34,830 nucleotides of DNA from IMG/VR virus record IMGVR_UViG_3300012933_000491, positions 1-34,830 of that record; one strand, 5' to 3'. Under the pieces are notes generated by a model. The model worked only from the letters and a program-made list of their open reading frames with translations, made no database searches and had not been told where the DNA came from. The translations under genes were made by a program, and so were the position numbers. Below are positions 26,612 to 34,830 of this stretch, piece after piece. Each line of letters opens with the position of its first letter. Positions within the stretch are counted from its first letter, which is position 1. Source of the stretch: a virus (Duplodnaviria > Caudoviricetes).

Positions 26612-28748
26612 TAACTTAGAGCGCATCAAACGCAATGTTTCAGACTCCTGCAAATACTTTAAAGAAAATGTTAAGCGCTGGAGAGACTATAGGACGTATG
26701 TATTTAGAAGCTCGCTCAGTGAAATGCAACGTAATCTTTTACAACAAAATGCGCGACCAATAACGGAATTTAATATACTAGAAGCTTATATTTCAAGACT
26801 ATTGGGCGAGTTTGCAAAGCATGAGCCGAGCATAGAAATAACGCCAAGCGAAGGTTTGCCAATTCCAGCTGAAACCCTTGACGTTGTAGAGGGTCATTTA
26901 CGCCATATAATTTATGAAAGCAATAAAGACTCTTTTGCATACGAAATATACAAGGATTTGTTAAGTGGAGGTTATTCGGTTGCTAAAGTTTGGACAGATT
27001 ACCAAAGCCCCATGAGCTTTAATCAACAAATATTTTTATCGCGCGTATTTGATCCCACAATGGCAGGCTTTGACCCAATGGCGCGTGCACCGCACAAGGG
27101 TGATGGAAAATACAGTTTTGAAATATACCCCATGCTTGAAGAAGACTTTAAGCTAGAATTCCCAAGTGTTGATATGTCAAAGTTTAAATTTACTATGGTA
27201 AGTCAAGGCGGCGGCATTGAAGGGTTTTCATGGTCATACAAAGATTTACAAAATAGAAAATGTATCCTTGTTGCCGACTATTACGAGAAGAAAAGAAAGA
27301 AAGCGCGCATTGTACAGCTTGCAAACGGACGCGTTTTAACTACTAAAGACTATGAAAAGCTACAAGAGTATTGGCAAGAAAATCAGTTCATTGAACAAAT
27401 TCCCGCTGTTATCGGTGAACCACGCTCAACGATACTAGAGCGCGTATGTAGATATAGAATTGTTGAATGCGAAATACTAGACTACTTAGAAACAGATTAT
27501 TGCTATTTGCCCCATGTGTTTTTTGACGGCAATAGTATTATGCTTACACAAGGTACAAGCAACACGCAATTCCAAATGACACGCCCATATGTGTATCACG
27601 CTAAAGGCGTTCAGGATATGACAAACTTTGCAGGGCAAACAATTTGTAATGCTATGGAAAACCTTATACAGCATAAGTTTATTGTGATGAAAGAGGCTAT
27701 TCCGCAAGAGAAAGACTATCTTGAAGCGCTTAATAATATACAAAAAGCCAATACTATTGTTGTTAATGCATATAGCGAACAAAACCCAGATCAGCCCATA
27801 CCAAACCCTATACGCGAGGTTCAAAATGTACCGTTACCGCCTGAAGTAACGGCCGCTTTCCAAATGACTGCCCCAATGACTCAAACAATATTGGGAAGTT
27901 ATGCAAGTAACTTAGGGAAAAATGATAATGATTTATCTGGAAAAGCTATTATTGAATCATCAAGTGTTGGTAATGCTGCTGCTATGCCTTATATTGTCGG
28001 CTATTTGGCAGGATTAACCCAAATTGGTGTTATATGCGTTGACTTAATGCCTAAATATCTTAAGGGCAAACGTACAATTCCGGTTGTGTCTAAAGATGGC
28101 GAGAAAAATCATCAGGGCATTAATCAGCCTCAAATGCCATATCTGGATTATCAAGAGAATGCTATACATGTTAATATTTCTGCTGGTGTTAATTTTCAAG
28201 TCCAAAAGACTCAAAGCATGGCGACTATTGTATCGCTTATGCAAGCGTCTCAGGAATTTGCGGAGTTTATGAACTCGCCCGCAGGCCTTCCAATACTGCT
28301 TGATAATATAGAATGCTATGGATCGGACAGATTACGGGAAGCGTCCACGCAATGGATGCAACAAAAACAACAGCAGCAAGCGCAAATGCAGCAGATGCAA
28401 CAGCAAGCGCAGCAAAGTGACCCTGCTTTTATTCGTGCACAAGCAGAAATACAAAAAGTACAGAATACCGCTGAAAAAAATAAGGTTGATGCACAGCTAG
28501 CAATAGCGCAATTAGCTATTGACAAAGAAAAGGCGGATGCTGATATACTCTTAGCAGAGGCACGCGTTAATCAAGCGCAAATAGACTCTGCGGTTAAACT
28601 TGAAGAATCTAATACAAGTTTACATAGGCATGCGCTAGACTCGGCTACAAAGCTTGCAGAAATACAAAGCCGCGAACATCGCGACCATTTAGCAACGCAT
28701 GAATTGCATCATCAAATACAACAAGCACAACAAAAAATTGAAGAGTAA
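26577..28748 (+). CDS. P22-like portal protein
   Basis: ~720 aa directly after TerL; FDP repeats, SGKAI motif and a Gln-rich C-terminal helical barrel. Confidence 0.9.
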   Translation: MAYTTTKTADTDNLERIKRNVSDSCKYFKENVKRWRDYRTYVFRSSLSEMQRNLLQQNARPITEFNILEAYISRLLGEFAKHEPSIEITPSEGLPIPAETLDVVEGHLRHIIYESNKDSFAYEIYKDLLSGGYSVAKVWTDYQSPMSFNQQIFLSRVFDPTMAGFDPMARAPHKGDGKYSFEIYPMLEEDFKLEFPSVDMSKFKFTMVSQGGGIEGFSWSYKDLQNRKCILVADYYEKKRKKARIVQLANGRVLTTKDYEKLQEYWQENQFIEQIPAVIGEPRSTILERVCRYRIVECEILDYLETDYCYLPHVFFDGNSIMLTQGTSNTQFQMTRPYVYHAKGVQDMTNFAGQTICNAMENLIQHKFIVMKEAIPQEKDYLEALNNIQKANTIVVNAYSEQNPDQPIPNPIREVQNVPLPPEVTAAFQMTAPMTQTILGSYASNLGKNDNDLSGKAIIESSSVGNAAAMPYIVGYLAGLTQIGVICVDLMPKYLKGKRTIPVVSKDGEKNHQGINQPQMPYLDYQENAIHVNISAGVNFQVQKTQSMATIVSLMQASQEFAEFMNSPAGLPILLDNIECYGSDRLREASTQWMQQKQQQQAQMQQMQQQAQQSDPAFIRAQAEIQKVQNTAEKNKVDAQLAIAQLAIDKEKADADILLAEARVNQAQIDSAVKLEESNTSLHRHALDSATKLAEIQSREHRDHLATHELHHQIQQAQQKIEE

Positions 28749-28795
28749 CACGGAGCTTGGATAGGATTGTTAACTTAAAATGGAGAAGGGATTGC

Positions 28796-28972
28796 ATGAA
28801 CAAGTATAAACTAACAGACCAGTTGCTAGATACACGTAGCAACATACATAAACTTGAGCGCGATGGCTTTGACAGAAGACAAATTATAGATTTCATGTAT
28901 AAAGCAACATCGGGCGTATCACAACAAGAACGCACCAAAATAATAGAGAGGCTTTATGATAGAAAAGAATGA
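28796..28972 (+). CDS. Hypothetical protein
   Basis: MNKYKLT... after AAGGGA. Confidence 0.6.
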   Translation: MNKYKLTDQLLDTRSNIHKLERDGFDRRQIIDFMYKATSGVSQQERTKIIERLYDRKE

Positions 28973-29096
28973 TTTTTTAGATGATGATGACGAGTTAATG
29001 AAAATCGAAGAGCTTGTTCAAGAGTATGCGTTAGACAAAGACTTGGCGCCTTGGCATAAACCAAATATATATTGGGACTTGTTTTCAAATGAATAA
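28956..29096 (+). CDS. Small acidic hypothetical protein (46 aa, not in ORF track)
   Basis: MIEKNDFLDDDDELMKIEE...; GAGG RBS; overlaps both neighbours. Confidence 0.5.
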   Translation: MIEKNDFLDDDDELMKIEELVQEYALDKDLAPWHKPNIYWDLFSNE

Positions 29097-29403
29097 AGCA
29101 ATTGAGTTATTGAATGAAATATTTAATATAGATGATTTTTATGCGCATTTAAATGCGCATACTAAAAAAATAAAATGTATCATGTTAAATAATAAACAAA
29201 ATAGATCGCTTTTAATGAACGCCATTTTTATTACAAGCGCAATTGCATGCTCTATTGATTCGTTGCACGAAATAACAGACTCAATTGCTGAAGAATCGCC
29301 TATTGATGGTAATGACTTGCGAAGAATATGCGTAGATATGGATGAAATAGATAAAATGATTAAAATTTTTGAAGAAAAAGCGCAAAAATGCGGGGGATTT
29401 TAA
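29089..29403 (+). CDS. Hypothetical protein
   Basis: 104 aa ORF in a coupled run of genes. Confidence 0.6.
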   Translation: MNKAIELLNEIFNIDDFYAHLNAHTKKIKCIMLNNKQNRSLLMNAIFITSAIACSIDSLHEITDSIAEESPIDGNDLRRICVDMDEIDKMIKIFEEKAQKCGGF

Positions 29404-29405
29404 AG

Positions 29406-30167
29406 ATGCCGTTAAAAAAAGGAAAATCCAAGAAGGTTGTTTCTGAGAATATATCCGAGTTGGTACATTAATTGTTTATTAGCCTTGGCAAATATGTTTT
29501 TGATGCTCAAGGCTATGACAGTTGGGGCATAAAACTTCTAGATTATCAATCAAATTGTTATTTCTGTTTCTATCCTTATGATGTACGCCTAATATCTTAA
29601 CGCATTCTGAATACTTGCATCTATTGCATTCATTAATCATCCCTCTTCTTATCATTGATTTTCTTATACTTAAAAAGCTAACTTTATTTATGTCTGATCT
29701 TTTAGAAATAGAATTACATTCCATTGAACAATATATTCTTTCTTTGGATGGCGATGATAAAAATATTTTATTGCAAATTAAACAAGTAAATTCTTTTGTT
29801 CCTTTTCCCTTCGATGATTTATAATAACATTTTCTTGAACAATATTTTGCTGTATTCGATCTAGATGAAATGTGCTCGAATTCTATATTGCATATTCCGC
29901 AATTTTTTTTTAAAGTAACCCTATTGTATAAAGCAAGACATGATCTTGAACAAAATTTAAATTTTTCTATTCTATTCTTTGGTATATAGCGTTGCAACTT
30001 GCAATTTAAACATTCAAGAACTTTTCCGGTTAATTCTTTAGGCATAAAATTAATCCAATTTAAAAACCATAACAAACAATATAATGTATTTTTAAAAATA
30101 AAATAATACTCAAAATCAAGCAATAGCCATAGCACTTAGTAAAGCTGGTAAGTCCAAAAAGAAATAA
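29406..30167 (+). pseudogene. Small basic phage gene interrupted by an HNH cassette
   Basis: 5' half MPLKKGKSKKVVSENISELVH* (29406-29471); 3' half (T)QNQAIAIALSKAGKSKKK* (~30108-30167). Confidence 0.8.
29479..30045 (-). CDS. HNH homing endonuclease with three Zn-finger repeats
   Basis: Three CxxC...(F/Y)CSxxC units and a C-terminal CNRC...VHHKDRNRNNNLIDNLEVLCPNCHSLEH; likely start MPKEL at 30045. Confidence 0.92.
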   Translation of the reverse strand: MPKELTGKVLECLNCKLQRYIPKNRIEKFKFCSRSCLALYNRVTLKKNCGICNIEFEHISSRSNTAKYCSRKCYYKSSKGKGTKEFTCLICNKIFLSSPSKERIYCSMECNSISKRSDINKVSFLSIRKSMIRRGMINECNRCKYSECVKILGVHHKDRNRNNNLIDNLEVLCPNCHSLEHQKHICQG

Positions 30168-30281
30168 GGTAAAAACCACTCGAAATCTAGTAACTATATG
30201 TTATGATTGTCAATTCTATTTGCATAACCTCTTTGTAGGATTTTCAAATAAGAGTCTTGTCCTATTGTTATTTTGTTACCT

Positions 30282-30317
30282 GAGGTTTCCACCGCAGATG
30301 GAAACCTCTTCATTTTT
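30282..30317 (+). terminator. Intrinsic terminator-like hairpin
   Basis: GAGGTTTCCA-ccgcaga-TGGAAACCTC followed by TTCATTTTT. Confidence 0.65.
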
Positions 30318-30396
30318 AACTACTCAGTGAATCAACCAAGGTTCAAAACTTCGTGACTATTAAATCTTGTATGATCAATCGTTAGCTTTTTAAAGT

Positions 30397-30624
30397 TTAA
30401 ATCAAATGAAAGGCTTTAACCGCTACAGCTACCAACAATAAAAAATTAAATCCTATTATTGCACCAATTAACCATTTAAATTGTGAATTTACGATTATTT
30501 TTATTTCTTTTATATCGCTTCTTATATCTGTTAACGTGTTTTCTATATCCAATAATGACATTTGCACAAGAGCTAACCGTGTTTCTTTGCTGCACACGAT
30601 ATCAATAGGTTTTATTTGTTCCAC
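30397..30624 (-). CDS. Coiled-coil + C-terminal TM protein (XhlA-like), paralogue 4
   Basis: GTG start; KETRLALVQMS...SQFKWLIGAIIG...KAFHLI. Confidence 0.72.
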   Translation of the reverse strand: MEQIKPIDIVCSKETRLALVQMSLLDIENTLTDIRSDIKEIKIIVNSQFKWLIGAIIGFNFLLLVAVAVKAFHLI

Positions 30625-30727
30625 ATATACCCCAGCTTTATAACCGAAATTAAAAAACGCAAATTAGAACTATTTCAAAAGTTACCTTAAATTTGCATTC
30701 ATATTATAACACCACTTGTCAAATTTC

Positions 30728-30809
30728 ATGGGGGACCCCCACTATTAAAAAAAACATTTTCCATTATTAAAATCCTTATGCAGCAAGGGTTAAAGTGGGG
30801 GACCCCCAT
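30728..30809. repeat. Two copies of the near-palindrome TGGGGGACCCCCA
   Basis: At 30729-30741 and 30796-30808, 67 bp apart. Confidence 0.9.
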
Positions 30810-30824
30810 TACTTGTTTATTTTT

Positions 30825-30918
30825 TTTAAATAGGCATTAAAAGCGTTAAGCGCGTATTAAAAGCGTTAAACGCGTGTTAACGGCGTATTAAACGCGTATT
30901 AAAGATTTAAATAGGCAT
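30825..30918. repeat. Array of 9-11 bp GCGT(A)TTAA units flanked by 13-bp direct repeats
   Basis: Units start at 30834, 30843, 30852, 30863, 30872, 30883 and 30894; TTTAAATAGGCAT at 30825 and 30906. Confidence 0.85.
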
Positions 30919-30920
30919 AG

Positions 30921-30949
30921 TTGTATTTATCTACAAATTGCCTTATCAT
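30921..30949 (+). promoter_or_regulatory. Putative sigma70 promoter for scaffold/coat operon
   Basis: TTGTAT-17-TATCAT. Confidence 0.6.
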
Positions 30950-31052
30950 GTAACCTTACGTCGTCAAACGGAAATCTGGCCGCGTCTTCACAGCGTTATT
31001 GTGATGCTCATTACGGTGACACCGCTCTATAAGTCAAAAAGAGGGATTAGGA

Positions 31053-31742
31053 ATGACTGAAGATTTAGCAGAAACTGAATTACAGGATATGCCTTTGGAA
31101 GAGGCTGAGAGTGAAACCGTTGATGATGAATATCAAACCCCTGTGTACAACAAGATACAGGTTCAAGATGTAGTCAAACGCGAAAAACAGAAAGCTTACG
31201 AAAAAGGACGGAGAGCAGCTATGATGGAATTACAACAAGAACAGCAACCACAATCATTAGGTGGAATGTCAGCTCCTTCACGAGAAGAAATCCAAAGATT
31301 GATTGCGGAACAAGCGCCACAATTGTTGCAAGACCATGTTAACGAGATGCAAGCCAAACACACGGTAAACTCTTTCGTTAGCAAGATGGAAGCCGCTGAA
31401 CAAAAATACCCTGGAATTCAAGAAAAGCTTAATGAGTTGGATTACAATACCATTACGCCTCTTATAAAGATGGCGAATGATATGGAAAACACTGGCGATA
31501 TAGTTAACGAGTTGATAACAAACCCCATGAAAATGGGTAATTTATTAGCGTTACTGTATGCTCAGCCTAAGATGGCACAGAGGGCAATGAATGACCTTTC
31601 GCAATCTATCAAGGTAAACGAGGACGCCAAGACTCAAGCGGCTGCTGCAAAAGACCCTATGTCACAACTAAAACCTTCACAAAATGCCGGAATGGATAAT
31701 GGCAATATGTCGGTTAGTGACTTTAGAAAAATGTTTAGGTAA
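31053..31742 (+). CDS. Scaffolding protein
   Basis: Acidic N-terminus, helical body and basic C-terminal SVSDFRKMFR; directly upstream of the coat gene. Confidence 0.75.
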   Translation: MTEDLAETELQDMPLEEAESETVDDEYQTPVYNKIQVQDVVKREKQKAYEKGRRAAMMELQQEQQPQSLGGMSAPSREEIQRLIAEQAPQLLQDHVNEMQAKHTVNSFVSKMEAAEQKYPGIQEKLNELDYNTITPLIKMANDMENTGDIVNELITNPMKMGNLLALLYAQPKMAQRAMNDLSQSIKVNEDAKTQAAAAKDPMSQLKPSQNAGMDNGNMSVSDFRKMFR

Positions 31743-31816
31743 ATGTAACCTAAATCTATAATCTAACCGCCACAGTGACACCATTCCAAAAATAAACATT
31801 TTTTGGAGCGACTACT

Positions 31817-33139
31817 ATGGCAGTACCAACAAATATTTTACAAACCGTCCAGACATACCAAAAAGCAGAGCTGGCATGGTTACTTAATACCTTCGTAGGC
31901 ATAAGCACTGCGAACAAAAAATTTGAGAAGTTTAATGATTTAACGGCTAACCTTGGCGACACCGTTAACTTTGACTTATCCCCTAGATATCAAAGCTACT
32001 CAGGTTTAGTTATTACCCAACAGCCTTCCACTCAACGCTTACAAGCTTTAACTTGCTCACAAGCCGCTAACGTATCCTCTGGATTTACAGCGCAACAATT
32101 TATATTAAACGTTCGTGATTACATGGATCGTTTCGGTATGGCTGCAATGAAAGAATTAGGCACCTCTATTGAATTAGATATGCTTAAGAATATCGTTTCA
32201 GGTGTTGTTGTTAACGACCCACAAAACGCTAATTTCGGTTCTTTACAAACTAATAGTGGCCCTTTCCGTTTCTATGGCAATGGCGTTACACCTATTAACT
32301 CATTTACTCAGTTAGCCCAAGCTGTTGCAAACTTTGATGATTTTGGTGCATCTACTCATAAAAAAATGGCAATGCTACCTGTTACCGCTATTCCCGCTAT
32401 TGTTGGTACTGGTTTAAACCAATTTGCAATGCGTAGAAACGATGAAACTGCAATGAAATGGGAATTGGGCGATTTTGCTGAAACCACTTGGCATGAATCT
32501 AACTTACTGCCTTTACACGTTTCTGGAACTATCGGTAATGCCGCTTCTCCTAACAACGTAATGACTGTAGTTAGCACAAATGATCCTACTGGCGCTAACA
32601 TTACTCAGATTACTTTCACTGAACCTACTGGCAGCACAGACACTAACGCGGTTAAAGCAGGTGATTTGTTCCAGTTTAATGACGGCGTTTCAGGCAAGCC
32701 TAACATGCGTTTCTTGACCTTTATTGGACGTGCTCCAAGTCAACAAAGCGTACAGTTTAGAGCAACTGCTAATGCTGCAACTGTTGCAGGAACTGTGACT
32801 GTAAGCGTTCAAACCATTAACGGCGTAGGTTTGGTTTCTGCTGCAAATGCAAATCAAAACATCAATAACGCGGTTGTTGCTGGAATGACTGTAACACCTT
32901 TACCCAGTCATAGAGCAGGTTTGTTAGAATCAGGCGATCCTTTCTATTTAGCAATGCCAAGGCTCCCAGATTACTCGCCTTTCGTATCTTCCATAATGAC
33001 CGATCCAGACAGTGGTGCAAGTATTCGCCATTACTACGGTAACCAATTTGGTCTAAACAACCAAGCTTATGTTCGTGATGCCATTTGGGGATCAACGCTT
33101 GTCAGTGAAAACTGCATGCGCCTTATATTCCCTATGTAA
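31817..33139 (+). CDS. Major capsid protein (P22 coat-like)
   Basis: 440 aa with NLGDTVNFDLSPRY, an I-domain-like KAGDLFQF, LAMPRLP and RDAIWG; GGAG RBS. Confidence 0.9.
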   Translation: MAVPTNILQTVQTYQKAELAWLLNTFVGISTANKKFEKFNDLTANLGDTVNFDLSPRYQSYSGLVITQQPSTQRLQALTCSQAANVSSGFTAQQFILNVRDYMDRFGMAAMKELGTSIELDMLKNIVSGVVVNDPQNANFGSLQTNSGPFRFYGNGVTPINSFTQLAQAVANFDDFGASTHKKMAMLPVTAIPAIVGTGLNQFAMRRNDETAMKWELGDFAETTWHESNLLPLHVSGTIGNAASPNNVMTVVSTNDPTGANITQITFTEPTGSTDTNAVKAGDLFQFNDGVSGKPNMRFLTFIGRAPSQQSVQFRATANAATVAGTVTVSVQTINGVGLVSAANANQNINNAVVAGMTVTPLPSHRAGLLESGDPFYLAMPRLPDYSPFVSSIMTDPDSGASIRHYYGNQFGLNNQAYVRDAIWGSTLVSENCMRLIFPM

Positions 33140-33144
33140 TCTTA

Positions 33145-33162
33145 TGCGCCAGAAATGGCGCA
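33145..33162 (+). terminator. Hairpin after the coat gene
   Basis: TGCGCCA-gaaa-TGGCGCA; no strong U tract. Confidence 0.45.
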
Positions 33163-33186
33163 ATAACACTTTTAAGGATAAAAAAC

Positions 33187-33945
33187 ATGAGTACATACAC
33201 ACAATTTGGTCAAGTTCCTTTTGCTTATACTAACGGCTTAAATATCAGTAATAATGCAACAACCCCTAACACCGTTATTGATATAGCAGTAGGCTCTGTA
33301 ATGGATTCAACTAAGACTTTCCAATTAACAGCCTCTTCTGCATTAACTGTAAGTTCTGCATCTAACGGTTTAAATGGATTGGATACAGGCACTATTGCAG
33401 CAAGCACTGTTTATGCGGTTTTATTGGTTGCAGATCCTGTAACAGACAGCGCTACGGGCGCCATGCTTTCTTTGTCTGCTACAGCACCAACAATGCCTTT
33501 CGGTTATAGTGCATTTGCTTTATTAGGTTATGTTGTAACCGATGGCAGCGCTAACTTCCTAAAGGGTTTATGGAAAGGTGGTAACTCTTCACGACGTACT
33601 TTTATGTATGATGCGCCACAAGCCACTGCAATCACAGCAGGTGCTGCAACTACTTATACAGCAATAGATTTGAGCGCTTTAGTTCCTGCTGTTACCGATC
33701 AGCGTTTAGTCTATATTAACTCTGCATTTACTCCCGGTGCTGCAAGCCGCACGCTTAAATTGCGTCCTACAGGAAACACAGGAGACTCTATTGTAATTAC
33801 AGGGCAAGTTACATCTGTAGTTATTAGCAACCAATCAGTAATATATGCGCGTCTTTCTTCCGCTAAGCCAAAGATTGACTATGTTGTATCTAATGCTGGG
33901 GATGCGGCTGCTATTAATGTTGCAGGGTACGATTACTACTTATAA
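33187..33945 (+). CDS. Virion structural protein (decoration/head-fibre candidate)
   Basis: GLNISNNATTPNTVIDIAVG...NGLDTGTIAASTVY fibre-type motif; directly after the coat gene. Confidence 0.65.
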   Translation: MSTYTQFGQVPFAYTNGLNISNNATTPNTVIDIAVGSVMDSTKTFQLTASSALTVSSASNGLNGLDTGTIAASTVYAVLLVADPVTDSATGAMLSLSATAPTMPFGYSAFALLGYVVTDGSANFLKGLWKGGNSSRRTFMYDAPQATAITAGAATTYTAIDLSALVPAVTDQRLVYINSAFTPGAASRTLKLRPTGNTGDSIVITGQVTSVVISNQSVIYARLSSAKPKIDYVVSNAGDAAAINVAGYDYYL

Positions 33946-33956
33946 GGCAGGACGCC

Positions 33957-34658
33957 ATGGCTTACACCGCTTTGCAGTTGATAACACGCGCTTACTATTT
34001 GTCTCAAGTAGTAAGCAGAGACCTTCAGACGCCTAGCGGTTCGCAAATCTCGGATGGCCTTTACCTGCTTAACGCAAGTCTTGACTTTAAAAGTTCGGAC
34101 TTGCGGTTAATACCTTATTTTGATAAATATTCGTTTAATGCCGTTCAAGGGCAGGAAACGTATAATATTCCTAACTTATTATTTGTAGATACCATGACCT
34201 TTAATATAGGTCCTGTACGCTATTCACTTAATGAGTTTACGCGTGAGCAATATTTTGGAATACCTCGTGTAGATAATATTCAATCATTACCCTATTGTTA
34301 TCGCGTAGAGCGCGCATTGGGTGGGTGCGATATATCCTTATATTTTCTTCCAGCTTCTAATTATCTAATAAACATTGTAGGAAAATTTGGGCTTACTGAA
34401 GTAACGCTTAATACGGATTTATCCCTTATTTACGACTTTTTTTATATCGAATACTTGCGTTATGCATTGGCTGAAATGATTTGCTGCGAATGGGGTGCCA
34501 CACTCCCCGACGGGTGCAGGAAAATGCTTCAAGAATATGAAAAGAAAGTAATGGATGTTAGTCCTCCTGATTTATCCATTAGAAGCCAATCATTCTTTAG
34601 TGGGCAATGTGGTTTTGACTGGCAAATGGCCAACTTGTACAAAGGTTATGTACCTTAA
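33957..34658 (+). CDS. Head-tail adaptor (P22 gp4-like position)
   Basis: TALQLITRAY...DGLYLLN...YLRYALAEMICCEWG; lies before the gp10-like gene. Confidence 0.75.
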   Translation: MAYTALQLITRAYYLSQVVSRDLQTPSGSQISDGLYLLNASLDFKSSDLRLIPYFDKYSFNAVQGQETYNIPNLLFVDTMTFNIGPVRYSLNEFTREQYFGIPRVDNIQSLPYCYRVERALGGCDISLYFLPASNYLINIVGKFGLTEVTLNTDLSLIYDFFYIEYLRYALAEMICCEWGATLPDGCRKMLQEYEKKVMDVSPPDLSIRSQSFFSGQCGFDWQMANLYKGYVP

Positions 34659-34666
34659 GGAATAAT

Positions 34667-34830
34667 ATGCCAGCTCCTAATGCAATGCAACAGCATCAAC
34701 AAATACCGCTAAAAATTGTTGGCGGAAATAAATTTGGGCGCTACCCAAAAATATCCGTTGAGCAAACTTTTAATATGATTGTAAGTGATGATGCGCTTGT
34801 TCCTTACGCAGGCTACAAAGTTGTGTTTGA
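34667..34830 (+). CDS. N-terminal part of the gp10-like tail hub gene (continues across the circular junction)
   Basis: AAGGA RBS; MPAPNAMQQHQQIPLKIVGGNKFGRYPKISVEQTFNMIVSDDALVPYAGYKVVF is open to the window end. Confidence 0.8.
   Translation, partial: MPAPNAMQQHQQIPLKIVGGNKFGRYPKISVEQTFNMIVSDDALVPYAGYKVVF

Larger units (their letters stand above)
1..34830. mobile_element. Probably complete, circularly permuted P22/Sf6-like podovirus genome
   Basis: Gene order is TerS-TerL-portal-scaffold-coat-adaptor-tail hub-ejection proteins-tailspike. There is no tape measure or tail tube gene. TGTTTGA occurs at both 1-7 and 34824-34830, with an ORF continuing in frame across the junction. Confidence 0.9.

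Noticed and set aside
28355-28420. Poly-Gln tract in the portal
   Set aside because: Typical of P22-like portal C-terminal helical regions.
29469-30110. Group I intron (exon ends in U and the insert starts TAATTG)
   Set aside because: Only about 75 AT-rich nt lie outside the HNH ORF, the ORF is antisense, and no P3-P9 core or suitable terminal G is visible.
34824-34830. Terminal 7-nt repeat as an att core or true terminal repeat
   Set aside because: It falls inside a structural gene and no integrase is present; a residual assembly overlap of a circular contig is simpler.

Overview
The window looks like a complete, circularly permuted ~34.8 kb AT-rich podovirus genome of the P22/Sf6 type. 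The last 7 nt repeat the first 7 nt, and the tail-hub gene runs across that junction in frame. The modules are: tail hub, ejection and tail-spike/fibre genes (1-10.9 kb); endolysin and VRR-NUC; a leftward recombination operon (Sak4/AAA, DUF669-like, Cas4-like nuclease, SF2 helicase); Cro- and AlpA-like regulators; a lambda O/P-like replication module with iterons; a small serine recombinase; a leftward array of tiny early genes facing an XRE regulator; and TerS, TerL, portal, scaffold, coat and head-tail adaptor. I see no integrase, CI repressor, primase, holin, tRNA or CRISPR array. The most unusual observations are: (i) a small basic gene split by an antisense Zn-finger/HNH cassette with inverted-repeat ends; (ii) a P'-O'-O-P replication module with extra N-terminal-domain-only paralogues; (iii) four dispersed paralogous coiled-coil plus TM proteins; (iv) an acr/aca-like early array with very acidic micro-proteins, next to an XRE gene bracketed by 16-bp direct repeats; (v) a repeat-rich non-coding region upstream of the scaffold gene; (vi) an in-frame TAA in the tail-hub gene. 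All functional calls come from motif recognition by eye; no searches were run.
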